64,000 bases of DNA from Chrysomallon squamiferum (taxonomy: Eukaryota > Animalia > Mollusca). The notes under the pieces are model-generated. The model worked only from the letters and a program-made list of their open reading frames with translations. It searched no databases and was not told where the DNA came from. The stretch covers positions 8,184,001 through 8,248,000 of the forward strand of contig CM022667.1 in the NCBI GenBank assembly GCA_012295275.1, given 5' to 3'. A program made the position numbers and the translations under genes. Numbering within the stretch: the stretch's first letter is position 1; the number at the start of each line of letters is the position of its first letter. Below, piece by piece: positions 1-17,772 of the stretch.

Positions 1-8
1 AATTTCAG

Positions 9-4873
<4,865 letters not shown>

Positions 4874-6230
4874 TGTCTGAAATAATCTAAGTTCTAAGAT
4901 AATGAAATGGAAAAACTCAGATTTTTACATTACTTAACATTGGCTGTGAAGGAGAAATAAAGAAACCATCAATAAATTTTACATTGTCATTACACTCAAC
5001 ATTTAACTGCAATTTTTAGGGGTTTTTAATTTCTCCTGATAAATCAAATAAAATTCAGAAATATAATTTTTAAGATATCAGAATTTCTTTGGACATGAAA
5101 AATGGATTCTAAAATGATAAAAAGTAATTAACTGAATTATTTTGATGAAATGAGAAAATGACACACATTAAGCTGTTACGTGTTGATTCATGGGATGTGT
5201 TCATTATAATCTTGGCTTTGGGATTTGTTCTTTCAAATCAGTCTTTACTGCATTTTATATTGATGTTAAATGTTGATTACTTATTATTACAGCACAATTA
5301 TGAAATTACAACAATTACTGTTACACAAATTTAAAAGAGTTTCTGATTATCAGGTTTCCATTTTCTATGAAATTTATTTAATTCTGTTGCCAACAATAAA
5401 ATTTTGCAGCTTCTATTTTGTGCAGTCTTTTGTTGTTGTGGTTGTCATTACATTTATCATTTATTTCATAACCTCTAACATAGAGCTCTGACACTAAGAT
5501 TTGTTAGTTTATTTATTTTTCTTTAATGCATTCTAGATGTAGTGCCAAAGGCTGTAGTTTTTTTCCTGTATCTGGGAGAAGAAAGATAAAAATTCACTTA
5601 CTGCTATTGGAAAAAAAAACCCTGTAAAGCAGGTTTCATTGAAAGGTTATAGCTTAGAAATAAAATCTTTACAGCTTTAATATTTAATATTTTTCCTTTA
5701 TTCTGATGTATCATTAAACAAGCATGCATCTTTATAAATGAAAAACAAGGAATATGAGAAAAACATTTAAAATAATAACTGGGTTATTACAAAGAAAGGT
5801 TTATTAATATTTTTATAAAATAAATTTCAAAAATTAAACACTTCTGTTATATTTCACACAATATTTTTTAAAAATGGTGAAAAAAAACAAAAAGTGGTTA
5901 ATTTATTTGTATTATCTATATTTTATAGAAACAAAATATTATCAATATCCTTAACAAGACAGATTGGAACTTGGAATCTCAATGGTCTAATGAACTTTTT
6001 ATTAAAACTTTTCACATGTAAATGTTTATGTTAAGATATTCAATACATCCTGACAGTTGTTAACAACTTCACCCATATATGAGTTTTATTCCAAATTCTT
6101 ATTCTGTAACTTGCAACATGGTGATGTTTACAAATGTGCAAATCTACAGTACACTGGTAAACTATGTACATATACAGTCAATGGTTAGACTAAATAAAAA
6201 ATATCTATTAGTATAAACATTCTAAACAGA

Positions 6231-8405
6231 TCAGGATTCAGTTTTTGGTTTCAGTTTTCTCTGTAACAGTCTTTCTCTCTCTTCTTGTGCTTCTTTCTGA
6301 AGTTTCTGATATCTTTCCTTTGCAAACTTCACTTCACTCGTCAGCTTTTGAATGCGTTTCTGAAATTTAATCACCAGTAATAATTTGATGTTATATTTTT
6401 ACCAAACATGCTGATTACATTTAATTTTACACAAAACAATATTTTAGTCTATAATGAGTAAGTCATATTTTATCAATAATAAGTATTATTCTTACACAAC
6501 ATTCTCTATTTTTCATAAATGAAGAAAATAATAAAATAATGTAATTATATTTTGGGGTTTTTTCACTGTCATTATTAAAAGTATTTCCAATCTTGGATCA
6601 ATATGCCATTTAAATAAGATGTTTTGCTTAAAAAAATATTTTGTTTAAATAATGAGGAAAATAATGTTAAATATGAAAACATACAGCTAGTTCAAAATTC
6701 TCTTTTTGTCTTCTTAACTGTCCCCGGCCTATGGGAGTAGGCCTGCCGTCTTCAGAAGAAAGAAAAAAAGAAAACAAATTAATTTTTATATAACAAAGGC
6801 AAACAAAAATATTTTGGAAAAGTTATTTGTGTTATTTTCTTGTAAACAACAAATATAAACATTATTTTATCAATTGAATTTAATACAATATTTCAGAAAA
6901 TTTATTTTTGCTCATATAACTGTAATAACAACACTACTTACATTTCTGTAGAATACTAACTAGAGAGATTGAAAAAAATAAATATAATTTGTTTTTTTAT
7001 AAATTTCTGCGTAATGGAAGAAGTGGTGACAGTATCTTTGAAATGTCATTGTTATTATTACTAGACATGTTATTTAGAAACAGAGTAATTAATTATCAAT
7101 TTACCAACAAATGAATAATCAGGTAAATCGGTAAGAGGTCCGTATCTGTTATTGTTCTGTGAAAGGCCTTGTCTGAAATAAAAACAATAAAACAATTACA
7201 AAATAAACATTCACTAAAATGAATATTTAACTATTTTTATAAACTGAAATAATAACAAAAGCTTGGTTCAGTTTTGCTCTCCTAAATATTTAATATTTAG
7301 AAATAATTTTTGTACTTATTTTCTTATTTAAAATGGCTTAATTACAAAGGCAGGAAGTAAAAAGGAAATAAGTAAGTTGTAATTTGTAATATTTTTCAAA
7401 TGTATTCTTAATGTTCTTATTATCATTATTTTGTTTATTTGAAAAAGAAAGACGAAGAAACACTATTTATACGATGTATGATGTGTCATGTGCAACAACT
7501 GATGAACAGCAGTTATTCTGAAGCAGAAGGAACATGCTATGTTTGTTGTGGAAAATATGATTCTAGGAAAAAAGTCACAGGAAAAAAAAGTTACAATTTT
7601 TAATTAAAATTAAGAAATACATTTGAAATGAAAGATAGATTAAACACATTTTGTCAGAGACTTTTTGTTAATGTTCTTTGATTTTAATGTTAGTGGTTTT
7701 GGCAGATGTTACATCCAATTCAATGAAGAAATTCTGCCAATTACAACCAGATCTTTTGATCCATTTCCACCACAACTTTGTTTTGCGAGTTGCATGTTTT
7801 TTATACATGAATCCCTCATAAAAGATTTTGTTACCACCCTTACTGCTATGAATAGTGTTTTCCTATACTAAATTGTGACTTTTTTTTCAAGCCACCGGAA
7901 AATATAAAATATGAAGCTTGCTTAACTCACTCTAAACGCCATCGTCCTCCTGCTAACTGTGTTGCTGATGTTTGTAAAGTTCGACATCGTATGACATTTA
8001 TGCTGTGCAACCCTGAAAATAAAAATCAGTGGTTTTTTTTTCCACGTACAACACATACAAATTTAATATCTCATATAAGCTAATTCTAAAATGCATGAAT
8101 ATATTGAATGAAATTATATTTAATTAATAAATACAGTTATGTAAATAATGATTGCAGTTATTTTCCTTTTCATTTTGCTTGTCATTTATATTATAACTTT
8201 ATAAGTTATAATTCATTAATTGTTACTAAGTTATGATCATTTAATTTAAACTTCATATGATTACTACAAAAACACCGAGAAATCAAAGATGTATACTACT
8301 TCTGTATATTTAGGTTATATACATAAAATAATTTAGATTGAGTTTTTGCAACATACATTTGTGACATATCTGCAACGAAAGCTGATTTACACATTTATAA
8401 TGCAT
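6231..8405 (-). CDS. MRPL52: Mitochondrial ribosomal protein mL52
   Basis: Not in the ORF track. Exons 8405-8357, 8012-7931, 7172-7105, 6749-6685, 6359-6231 splice in phase to MHYKCVNQLSLQICHKWLHSINVIRCRTLQTSATQLAGGRWRLEQGLSQNNNRYGPLTDLPDYSFVDGRPTPIGRGQLRRQKENFELAKRIQKL...KLKPKTES*. YGPLTDLPD(Y/W)SF.DGRP.P is the mL52 signature. The first exon is less certain. Confidence 0.9.
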
Positions 8406-9029
8406 GTTGTCTTTTCCCCTTGCAATCAGCACGTTCCATCAACTTTTAATTTAGAGTGATGTCCCTTAGTGCACTTATACCGGTGTTGCATTAATTAAAA
8501 CCAGTAATAAATACACTGACTTTTTTTTAAAATTAATATTTATCTCAGAATGTATATGGTCGGAAAGATTTATTGTAACAGGTTATCCTATTCATTCACA
8601 AATCCAGTATGTTTTCAAAAGAAAATGGAAGCAATAGTAGTTAAATAAAACTGTCATAATAAGTTAAATAGGCTTTATATTAACTTCCATTTTTTGCTTT
8701 ATTATTTATTATTCTTAATTTGTTTGTTTAACCATTTATTTATTTCAATATTTATTTTATTTATTTATTTATTAACATTCAACATTTATTGGGAAATCCT
8801 GCTATAACCCATTTTTATTTCATAGTGATGGTGATGAATATATTAATTGAACGGAAGAGTGGCTGCGAAAATATTCATTAAAATAAGTTATATTTTCCGT
8901 TTTATTAAATTAAATTTAATAGTATTTTTTATTTACTAATTTATTCATTGTAGCAATCCTGATTTCTTTTAAAGTGTTGTTAAAATTTGCCGGTTAATTC
9001 ACTGTTCTTTAAAGAATAAGATATTAGTG

Positions 9030-9031
<2 letters not shown>

Positions 9032-9082
<51 letters not shown>

Positions 9083-9240
9083 TTTAACAAAATAATAATA
9101 TAAACGATAATAAAATTAATAATTAAATACTATACTACTACTACTAATAATAACAATAACAACAATAATAAATACTAATACAACTACTACTGCTACTAAT
9201 ACTACTACTAATAAAACAAATGAGAAGGATGATACCATAC

Positions 9241-9286
<46 letters not shown>
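9032..9286. repeat. Two (GT)n microsatellites and (TAC/TAA)n low-complexity sequence between MRPL52 and ANKS6
   Basis: Direct reading. Confidence 0.9.
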
Positions 9287-9288
<2 letters not shown>

Positions 9289-9570
9289 ATAAAGACATTA
9301 AATTTATCCGTACTTTTATATTGTGCTATTAACAGAAAGTTAATTATAATCCTCTGTAAAAATATAATAAATGATTATGAACAATCTATAACAACTATCG
9401 AAAGTATTTTAATAATAGTTCGTTTATTAGAACAATAAATAATATTCACTGTCTGAAATATAATTAATTATCCTTTAACAATAAAAGTGATAAATGTTAT
9501 TAAATGTTATTTTTACTTTTATTTTTACTTTTCTAAATATTTATTTTCTTTTATTTCTTTATTATTTTTA

Positions 9571-9621
<51 letters not shown>

Positions 9622-9810
9622 TATACTTTTTGTTAGTTTTTTCTTCTTCATTTAATCTTTTAATTTTTTTATTTAAAAAACTGTTTATTTATTTATTTAT
9701 TATTTTTTTTTTTTCTGTGCATGAATCTTCCGAACTTTATAAAAATTTAAAATAAATTGTATGCCAGTAATAAAATAAGTTTCCGAAACTAGTTGATGAA
9801 CTATTTATTT

Positions 9811-9856
9811 ACCGGAAATGGAAACGTGACGTCATAGACACCTGTCAAGATGGCGG
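9811..9856 (+). promoter_or_regulatory. Putative ANKS6 core promoter motif cluster: ETS-like ACCGGAAAT, CRE TGACGTCA, YY1-like CAAGATGGCGG
   Basis: Motifs at 9811-9819, 9827-9834 and 9846-9856, in a CpG-containing patch ~130-180 bp upstream of the ATG. These motifs are typical of animal housekeeping promoters; function is inferred. Confidence 0.55.
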
Positions 9857-9988
9857 TCTTGCGAACAACAGAACTGTCATTAATAACAACATAGCAAAAT
9901 ATTCCGTTATTGATGCACAATATGGGACTGAAATGAAGTATTAAGGTGAATTTGAAACTATGGGTTAAATATGCAGTAGCATGTCAGT

Positions 9989-11260
9989 ATGGAAAGGACT
10001 CGCCAGTTGTTTTGTGCATGTGAGCAAGGCGATGTCATTTCTGTGCAAACGTTTCTGGAAAGCGGTGTGGAGGTTGATTGTGTTGACGACGATGGGAACA
10101 CGCCGCTGGGAATCGCTGCTGCCAACGGCCATGAAAATGTTGTCCGAGTTTTAATAATGAAAGGAGCTGCTTTGGATAAGGCAAGTATTTTCGGCTGGAC
10201 TCCGTTAATGCAATCTAGCAGGCAGGGCCATGTGAAAGTTGTGGCAGCACTTCTTCAAAATCAGGCAGACGTCAATGCCGTCAACCGCTATGGTGCTAAT
10301 GCACTGACATTAGCAGCACGAGGTGGTCATCTCCAAACAGCTCGCATCCTGGTGGAAGCAGGGATTGATCTCAATGGGTCTGGAAGATCGTGTGAATTTA
10401 CACCACTTATTGCAGCGGCACAACATGGTCATGATGCAGTGGTACGCTTTCTTCTGGACAGAGGTTGTCAAGTGAACTATCAGACCGAATCAACTAGTCT
10501 CACACCTCTGATGGTTGCTGCTCTCAATGGTCACATGACAACTGCTCAGATACTCATTGAAAGAGGGGGAGATCCAAATCTTACAAACGTAAACCATAAA
10601 ACAGCTTTAGAGATTGCAACAATTCGTGATAAAAGAGAAGTCAGAGGATACTTGGATCGAAAGACAACAAATAAACCTCGAGTTGGTAAGTTATCATACG
10701 TAGAATCAGTTATTTTTAAAAATCAGATAAAAATCATCTCAAAATTAGTTATTGTTTTTCATGTCTTTCCATTTGAAACTGCTTATAATTTGTTTTCAGA
10801 TTTTCAGATTTTTATTTGAACAAAGAATTATTACTGATAAATCTGGTTAGCAGAATATTTATATGTAGATAGATAAAAAGTAAATAGCCTGATTTGACAA
10901 AATATTAACAGTAAACATATTGATAACTGTTTTATTTTGTTAACTTTTAGCTCCAGATCAGGTAAAACCAGACATCATTTATGCATCCAAACATGGTAAG
11001 TTTATTTCCTTTTTTTGTTTTGAAAATGAATGTAATTATGTTATAACTGATAATATTTTTATATACAACCAGAAACAATAAGTGCTTTCTTTGAATTTGC
11101 TGTAGATAAATATCTAAAAAAATATATTAGTTACAAAATGTAAAATAATATACTCTTTTATATATTATAATATTACAATTATTTTATGAAGGTTCAAATT
11201 ATATTCTTTTAATAAAATAAAATGTAATAGATGTAATACCAGTATATCTCTAAAGAATAT

Positions 11261-11296
<36 letters not shown>

Positions 11297-14200
11297 AAAC
11301 TATTTAGGAGATATTCAACGTATCAGAGAAATCCTGGATCAGGACATCAGTCAACGCGATGCATGTTCATCACAAGATGGCGCCACTCCATTGATGTTTG
11401 CAGCAATGGCTGGACGACTGGACATTGCTGAACTGTTACTGGTCCGAGGCTGTGATATTAATAAACAGGACACAATCAGTGGGTGGACAGCTCTCATGCA
11501 GGCCACTTACCACGGGTAGGATGTTTTAATCACACCTCTAACAGTTACCTCTTTATTGTGACCTATGAAATCAAATCAACTTATCTTTTGAAAATTTTAT
11601 ATTGTATCTCCACCAATAACAGTTTTCATCTTTGGATCCAATGTTAACAGATAATGAATTAATATTCTCCAATAAAATATGTCAGACTTATAGGCTTAAA
11701 GGTTAAAAACAGATTTCAGAAATTGTCTTGTTAAATTATCTTTTGTGACTGGATTTAGAGAAATCATAATAATGTTTTGTATGTTTGTTTATTGCAGTAA
11801 AAAGGCTGTTGCCATGTTTTTGTTAAACAATGGAGCTGATGTAAATATTCAGGCAACAAATGGATGTACAGCTTTTGATATGGCCTCTCTAATTGGTGAG
11901 TTAAAATTCTTAGTTTCCATAAACTTCATAAATTATTTGTTTTATATGAATGTATGAATCTCTTTCTGTCTGTCTGTCTGTCTGTCTCTGCCTAAATCAT
12001 CATTTTCACTCCATATATATGTTATCCATCATAATTAATTTTCATTTAATTTGAATCTTGAAAGCAAAAAAATGTTTGTTAATATTAATAATTATCAAAA
12101 GCATAGTTTTGAAATATGTACAAATAGTAACAAAAAATTATATATATTTTTCAGATGATGTTGATACAGAATTACTGCGTCTGCTAGCATCAAAAGCCAT
12201 GCAGGTAACAAAGGTGGAAAAAACAAAGAAAAACTGGGTCAAACAAAATGGAAGTGTTTCTGCAACTCTACCTCCAGATTTCAGGTACCTTTATTTCTTC
12301 ACTGATAAAAATAACTTAAAAGTTGTTGAGTAGTTTTCTTCTGTTATCTCATTATGTTTGATATCTGAAGGTTTAACATGAAAAAAAAAAAGAAAAAAAA
12401 ACTGTACTGTTAGTTAATAATTTGTTTGAAATATATGAAGTATTTTAATATTATAAACATTTAGTTTCAGTAATACTGTGATGATTTTCAAATGTAATCC
12501 ATTTAATAGATTTTTTTTTTTTTTTTTTTTTTTTTTTGATAATTAATAATAAAGTATTTTTACCTTGTGTTTTTCTTTCAATTATGAATTAAAAGATGAA
12601 ATCATTGTACTTGAGGTAAAATTATTATTAGAACAATCTGCCATTACTACAGACAGTAGAAATAAATTTTGCAAAAGGCATTACTTGAAAATTACACTTA
12701 CTGTGTTGTGTATTTTAAATATTTCTTCCTTTGTTTCAGTGTAGAAGACCAGCCTAAGAGTGGTTTGAAGGTAACAGTTTGATAATCATGAATATGTGAT
12801 GTGAAAATATTTAGTTATAATTCCTTACTTATATATAATGTACCTTTGCCTATGGATGTACATTTGTGGTTAAATATATTTTGAGCCACATTTTTTATAA
12901 TTTTGAAATTAAGTCAGAATGTTTATTAGCTATTCAGATTAAAATAAGGTTCAGTTTAAAAATACACTGTTCATGTAGGATGTAGCTTTCATTCACAGAA
13001 ATTAAATTATTATTGCTATCCTTACTATTAATTTGTTTAGGCATTAATTTATTAGAAATTGTTTTAATTATTATTGAAATAATGTTTCTAAGAACAGATT
13101 TTCATGTCATACTGAAATAATGAGTCCAGCAACCTATTTCTAAAATGATGTTATTATACTGAGTTCAAAAATAAATTATTGTTAATATTATTCAGGCCTG
13201 GTGGTGTAGACTTTCTAACAGGTTTCGTAACTTGAAGCTGGGTCGAACATTCAGCATGCAGAACAGGTTAAATCCAATGCCTCTCCACACCTCAACCTCC
13301 ATGCAGGACCTCACCCTCAAACCTCCACAGTCTCCTGAGGTAAACTCTTTGTTTTTAACAGTTATTGAAAATACATTTGAAAAAATAAGAAAAAAATAAG
13401 AATTTTTATTTGAAGTGGATTATTGTACAAGTTAATTCTTTCTGATTTAATATTTTCATACGTTTTTTTAATTTTCAGTTGCAGATTCAGTCAGCTCGTG
13501 TGGAAACTAAGAAACTGCTTGATCCAATGCCAACATCGATGTCAATAACAAGCTATGAGTGTATGATGATGGAGACAAAGAAAAGTGCATCTGTGTACAC
13601 TCTGGTAATTACTTGTTTTATCTTGTCAGATAAAGAGACAAATCACATGAATACAGCAAATTAGTTATATTATTTTCACAAGAAAAGATATATTCATAGG
13701 CTATATTATTACGAAAAATCTTTTTCAAGTTCAAAATAGAAATAATATAAATTCAATTTTTATAGAATAAAATAATTAATAATTAAATAGGATGTGTCTG
13801 AAAATGTATGCCATATTTTGGACACATAACTATTGATAATGAAAACAGACTCTCATTTAAAAAATTTCAACTACTGTTAGTTTTGTTCTGCACTGACCCC
13901 CTATAAATACTTACAAGATGCATTTTTTTTTTTTTTTTTTGACAGGATATTAACCCACCCCACTCCACGCTGGCTAATGAAACTCTCAAACCAGTGATTC
14001 CACCATTTTTACCTCCACCCACCTTTGCTCTTGACGGATCTGACCAAGGTCGCAAAATGTACAACTGGCAAGGTTTAAAATCCCTCGACGAAGACAACAA
14101 CGGCACTCTGGTAAGAACACAAGTTTCTAATAGTGGTAAACCTTGTGTAGGATTTTTAACAGTGAAATACGTGGATCTTTTACAATACTGATGAAATAAT

Positions 14201-17200
14201 ATATCAGTCATAGATTACTGCATAACATCAGCCTTTAATAAGAACTCTGTATGCAAGCAGTATGTTACTGAAATACACAGTATTGTTTGAAATGTTTAGA
14301 TCTATGTTTGTACCAAGAAAATTAATTTTTATTTATTTATTTATCTAAAATAATAAAGAATAATAATAATAATACTTGATGATAAAAGAAAGCTGTTTCT
14401 GATAATGTTTTATTTCTGAATGTTTCAGACTTCAAATCAGACTGCTGGTAACCCAGTAAAAATGTTTTGCAAGCGACCTGCAGGTTAGTTTGTTTTTATC
14501 TTTGACATACTTTAATCAAAACATTTTTGTTCTGTTTTCTGTTCTGTTTAACAATCAGTGTCACATCAAACAAGAATCAGTGTGTGTATATATATATATA
14601 TAATTAATATCAAACAATGTTGAAAAATAAAAATTGTTGTGTATTGTTTTCAGAATGAATATATCTACTTATTACTGATGATTTTCACTTGTTTTAATTA
14701 TTACTGCATTTTTCAGACTAATGTTTTTGTACGTGTAACATGATACAAAGTTTACTTTGTGGTCACTGCACTTGTGATAACATATAAAATAACAGTTACA
14801 TATCTGTGGTCTAGATTGTGAAGATTGTTAGCTACATTTTAAACAGTTAACCCATGAATAGAAAATCTTTTAAGTAATTTTGTTTGTGATTATTCTCAAT
14901 AAGTGTGAGATTTTTGTGATTTCAGGCAGTTATATTCAGGATCCTTTGTTTGTAGCGAGTTCTCACATTCCAGACTCACAACCTCACTTCATGCCATCTC
15001 ATGCTTCATCAAGACTTTTCATGCCAAGGTACAATTTTTAATCTGAATTGGTCAAACCCCAACTCTTTTATGATAAAGATTACAAACTGTTATCTGTTTT
15101 TGCAGCTTTTTTGTCAGAAGTTTATATTTCAAGTTTTATGATTTAAAGACAGTTCTGTTTCAAACATATTTACATTTTTTACAGTGACAGAGATTTAACT
15201 CAAATTATTAGTTTTATAATTATTTTTAAAGATGGGTTCAGTTTGGTCTGGTATTTGTTACAATGTATATTAAGTGTATTTTGTTTTTAATTTGATTGCT
15301 GATAAGTAGTCACTGGAAATATTTATTTGTCTGCTTTATTTTCTTAATAAAATATGAAACCAGCTATATAGTATTTTAAACTGAATCCTTACTACAATAT
15401 TTAAACATGATTAATTTTAACGTACTAATCCAGATTTACAACAATTTTTACCAAAACATGATTAGTTTCCATGACAGGCATTTAATCAATGGATTTAAAA
15501 TTGCTATATTTTTAAATTTGTGGAGGCTAATCTATTTAATATTTACAATTTTGTATATGATTTTAGAGTTTAAATATTTAATTTAATTTTTGTTTTTGTG
15601 AAGAAGAAAATCTGCCACTGTTCCTGCTGTGTTTAGAAATACATCAACAACAACGTCGCCAAACAGTTCAACAAGTGGTAGTTCTTCCGTCACACCTCAC
15701 AGGTCATCACATGGCAAGAGTGCATCGTCAAAAGACAGCACTACCTCAACACTGACACCATCTCCATCACCCACACCAGGCAAGGTATGTGAGATTTCAA
15801 TACCAAGTATTTTCATTTGAATATTAGTTAGTCCACATGTATTCTTCTCCTCACAAAATCCCAGTTCATAATGTCACAAAATTATTTCTTTGGGGATTTT
15901 GTTTTTATTTTGGTTGGGTTTACCTTTTTTTCTCAAGATGATGATGATGATGATGATTATTATTTTTTTTTTTTTTTTTTTTATGGAGTCTTGTTTTAAA
16001 AACTGAGCCAGGCTGTGTTTTGTGAAGCTGTATTACATACTTGTATTTATTTTTATTTTAGACTGGCGAAGAAACTGGACCAGCACTGGATTGTTTGAGA
16101 GAATCCACTCACAGTGGTTAGTTTACATTTAAATTAAAAAAATATATATTTTTATTATTTTAAACATGTTTTTATATAACAAATATAAAATATTTTAATT
16201 CTTTTCAATTTTTTACTTTATTTTTTTAATTTTATTCCAAATTACTAAAAAAAAATTTTTAATTTTTAAAACTTAAGCTGAAATTGTGTGAAATATTTTG
16301 TTGCCAGTGTAAGTTCATAAATACATTTTGCATTATGTTTCTTCAGATGAAATCTCAGGGATTCTGAAAAAGCTGTCTTTAGAGAAATATCATCCTATCT
16401 TTGAAGAGCAGGAGGTAACAACTGAAATAGATTAAAAATTATTAATCATTTTTTTACACTGAAAAATTTCTGAAAATATTAAAAATACTTATTAAAATAC
16501 AAAAACATTAAAATTATTATTTATTCTGTAGAAGTTATTGAAAGAAATTATAGGCCATAGTTATATATATTTATTTTTTAATTTTATGAATATGTGGTAG
16601 AGAATCCAAGATAACACAATGAAGTCTAGTTATTGTATGTCATTATCATCATTACTTAAGAGTTTGTCTATAGAAACTTAGACAAAGATAAATGTGAAGT
16701 ACAAGATTTTAGACAAAGGTGTATTGTACTGTATAAAATTAGATTATTTAAACTTCAGGTGGACATGGAAGCATTTCTCACACTGACTGATGAAGATCTC
16801 ACAGAGCTGGGGATTATTCATAATGAATCTCGAAGACAAATTCTTACTGCTATAACAGAACTGAACACTGGAAAGGTAACTTAATTAAAACAGTTGATTC
16901 CTCAATAAATTTCTCCTTCACAACTGTTGTAATTCTGAGGTTTAAAAAGCTCAGGTACATTACTGCTGCTAGAATTTTACAAAAGTTATAATAAATATGA
17001 ATGAACATCCTATCTGAGTCAAACACAAATGGTTCATATAAATTACAAAATGACTTATTTGTGCATTTTATTCTACATCACACACTTAGAAAATGCAGTA
17101 TTCTTTTTTTAGACACATTAAATTCAAACCCTGGAGTTAATTATGTATTTATATATATATATATATAATAAACATACATAAACACATATTACACATGTAT

Positions 17201-17772
17201 AAAATTACTGGTTTGTTTCAGGGAAGAGAAAGACAGCAGTTTCATGACAACATGGCTACATTTCAAACCACACTAAGAGCACGAGTTACTTCAGATGGAA
17301 GTAAGTGAACTTACTTTAGAAATTATAGCAAAAAGACATTCTGCCTTAATCATATCTGACAAGCAAATAGCATAAATCTTTAAATGTTGTATTCAAAATA
17401 ATGAATAAAGAGTTACACTGTTTTAGAAATTTCCATTGATAAATAGAAAGCATTGACAAAAAGGAAACAGAAATTTTGGTGAAAGAGACATTTATTTTCT
17501 GTTATTTTCAACATTAACATTCCTACATTAAGCATTATTTCACAATATATTAGAGAAAAGAAAAGTTTAAATCTTAAATTTATTCAGTGTGTTTCCGAAG
17601 CAGAATTTTAAAAATTATTATAACACCTTTTATTCTTTTTATTTCATTAATTATGTAAAACTATTTTTATTGTATGTTTACAGGTTCTGACAATAACAGC
17701 AATCTGATTGGCTGGGCAATGCATGAAGATAGAGACCCTCATTTACCTTCAGCTAAATCTAGATCGTCATAG
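9989..17772 (+). CDS. ANKS6: Ankyrin repeat and SAM domain-containing protein 6 (ciliary inversin-compartment protein)
   Basis: ~17 exons (approx. 9989-10685, 10951-10995, 11308-11515, 11798-11895, 12155-12284, 12740-12770, 13196-13339, 13479-13604, 13946-14110, 14429-14483, 14926-15028, 15604-15784, 16063-16095, 16347-16414, 16759-16875, 17222-17300, 17684-17772). About 10 ankyrin repeats incl. [12 protein letters not shown], the ANKS6-type [18 protein letters not shown], a Ser/Thr-rich region (STLTPSPSP) and a SAM domain ([37 protein letters not shown]); stop TAG 17770-17772. Confidence 0.92.

Noticed and set aside
9989-17772. Alternative identification as ANKS3
   Set aside because: Ankyrin repeat number, the WW..LSNRF motif, the Ser-rich region and the near-terminal SAM domain without a long C-terminal coiled coil fit ANKS6 better.
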